DNA of 64,000 bases from Trichosphaerium sp. ATCC 40318 (lineage: Eukaryota; Protista; Tubulinea), in NCBI GenBank assembly GCA_038496445.1, contig JALMLS010000354.1, positions 1-64,000 on the forward strand, read 5' to 3'. The notes below the pieces were generated by a model that was not told the DNA's origin, searched no databases, and saw only the letters and a list, made by a program, of their open reading frames with translations. Shown piece after piece: positions 62,150-64,000 of this stretch. Both the position numbers and the translations under genes were made by a program. The first letter of the stretch is position 1, and the number at the start of each line of letters is the position of its first letter.

Positions 62150-64000
62150 ATGAGTGTAGCTGCCAAATTGACTAGAAACACAGCTAAGCGTGCAACATGG
62201 GCCAGTCAGATTAAAATCGACGCGTTTACACGAAAGGTTAGGCTTATATTGTACCCTACGCTTACAATTACGCTGTAGATAGAACGAAATTTAAAAATTA
62301 AGCACATTGATGAATGGTACTCAAGAACAGCTCAAGACATTATCCAACACGGCGGAAAGACACTTTTAGAGTGCGTTAACGCACATTATAACTGAAATGT
62401 TTACCAAATACAGCAAAAAAAATGGTTCTCTGCAACAATGCTTAGAGGCTATGTACCCAACTGTCAAGTGGCAGCAATGGGATTTCCGTGCGTCTTATCC
62501 TGTATACAAGCTTTGGTTTTAACATCAGTAGATAAGAAACATGGTTTTTGGAATGAACGGACAGCTAAATCCTTCATTAGACACGTGCGCAAAAAAAAGT
62601 TAAAAATTGAGCTAACGTTAATTTGTTGCAAATCTAGCTCAAAAAAAAGCTTAAAATAAAGAAGTTATCTGATTGGTACAATTGCAGTGCTAGGGATATA
62701 CGAGACCACGGCGGTGGCGGGTTACTGCGTCACATGTACGCGATGATGACAAGACTCGGCTGTTGACACACTCGCTCTTCACTAGGTACAATGGTTCTCC
62801 AATGATGATGTTTCAGAAACTCTATCCTGGATATGATTGGGAACCATGGAAGTTCCGCGCAGCACCTAGAGAGTACTGGAAAAATGAAGATCATTCACGC
62901 GTTTTTTTGATTCATGTACGATTTAAGTACAGTGATGCACTTCACTTCCTCACTTGTATCATAGGTAGAAGAGAAGCTAAACATTAAATCTATAGAAGAT
63001 TGGTATAGTATAACGTACAATGATGTTACTAAATACGGTGGAACAGGAATACTTGCGTAAGTAGTGCAACATGCAGTGTCCGTTTGTATTAACAATCAAG
63101 AAGGTATTTCAATTGTTGTGTCGCTGATTTTTTAGTGCACATGTATCCAGATATTAAATGGGATGCTACAAAATTTAGTGCGCATTGTTGTTGCTAGTAA
63201 AAGTGCTAACTTTAAGAAAGATATTGTTAAACGAAATTACTGGGAGAGTTTGGAAAACCAACGGGAAGAAATTATAAATGCACGTGTCAACATAAAGTAC
63301 TATTTGTTAACATTCGTTGCTTAGGTTGAGAAACGGTTGAATATTTCTAAGCTTGATGATTGGTACGATGTCAGATGGTCTTCTTTGAAAAATGGGCTAC
63401 TGAAGTACGCTTTTTTGTCAAATTGAAAAAAAAGAAAGTTAAAAAAAAAGTTAGCCATCATTCAGCATCGCGATATAATTTATTGAAAACACATTACCCT
63501 GATCATCCATGGGACATATCTAAATTCAGGAAACATACAGGTTAAGACTGGTCTTATCAATCATTAGCTAATGTTGTTGTTGTAGCTTTGAAACCTGTCA
63601 AGTACTGGACGAAAAGTGAAAATGTCAAACCCTTTTTGAAGAGTCTAGAAGGTGTGCTTGGTATCAAATCACCACAAGATTGGTACCGAGTGTCAATTCG
63701 ACAACTTACACAGCTTAATGGAGGAGGTCTTAAACGCCACTGGCCTGGTGTGTTGAGTATGCTTTACCCTCAACTAAAATGGTCAAACACTCCCACAACA
63801 TGTGATGATAAACGATCGGCACAGAGGTAAGTCACTTCAACTTAGTGGCCGAGAACTAAACCATACTAAGATGGCTTATTGAATGTTTACACACGCTGTT
63901 TGATGGTGCAGAGATAATAGAAGAATATAAATTGGGCCTAGTTTCAGACAGTGCAAGAGGAGATTTGGTTATAGATGCTTTTATTCCTTCCGTTAAACTT
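62150..64000 (+). CDS. DWY/YP-W tandem-repeat protein, paralogue C (5 repeat units; nuclease domain begins at window end), partial
   Basis: Repeats such as LSDWYNCSARDIRDHGGGGLLRH-YNGSPMMMFQKLYPGYDWEPWKFRAAPREYW; ends DKRSAQR-WLIECLHTLF...IIEEY...LVIDAFIPSVKL. Confidence 0.85.

Overview
AT-rich, gene-dense eukaryotic DNA with many short spliceosomal introns (about 45-70 nt) and the standard genetic code. The gene content suggests a free-living protist, probably an amoebozoan (inference). Most ORF-track entries are exon fragments, so I spliced genes by eye and boundaries are approximate. Recognisable genes: an ankyrin protein (partial), Sec14/CRAL-TRIO, an RNI-like LRR protein, diacylglycerol kinase, two PTTE-repeat mucin-like surface proteins, a Myb/SANT protein, several F-box proteins, ALKBH6, a VASt lipid-transfer protein, DUF4291, an ankyrin membrane protein, a Cid1/URT1-type TUTase, strumpellin (WASHC5), CCDC174, a PI-PLC with an unusual N-terminus, a secreted single-domain catalase-peroxidase and USP14. 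The best candidate for an undescribed system is a family of three dispersed paralogues (13.3-15.6, 44.9-47.3 and 62.1-64.0 kb). They are built from ~70-aa tandem repeats (DWY...GG..LL..Y..SL...L...YP...W..WKF...P..YW) encoded as repeating exon modules, with basic presequence-like N-termini. One copy ends in a complete Vsr/DUF559-like PD-(D/E)XK nuclease domain, one in the start of that domain at the window edge, and one lacks it. This is a possible repeat-programmed nucleic-acid binder or nuclease. Other notable items: a duplicated secreted 8-Cys small-protein locus abutting a TIR element, intronless giant-virus-style F-box/LRR and F-box/MORN genes, a second MITE-like family, and recurrent GCACGT (GC-AG) splice donors.
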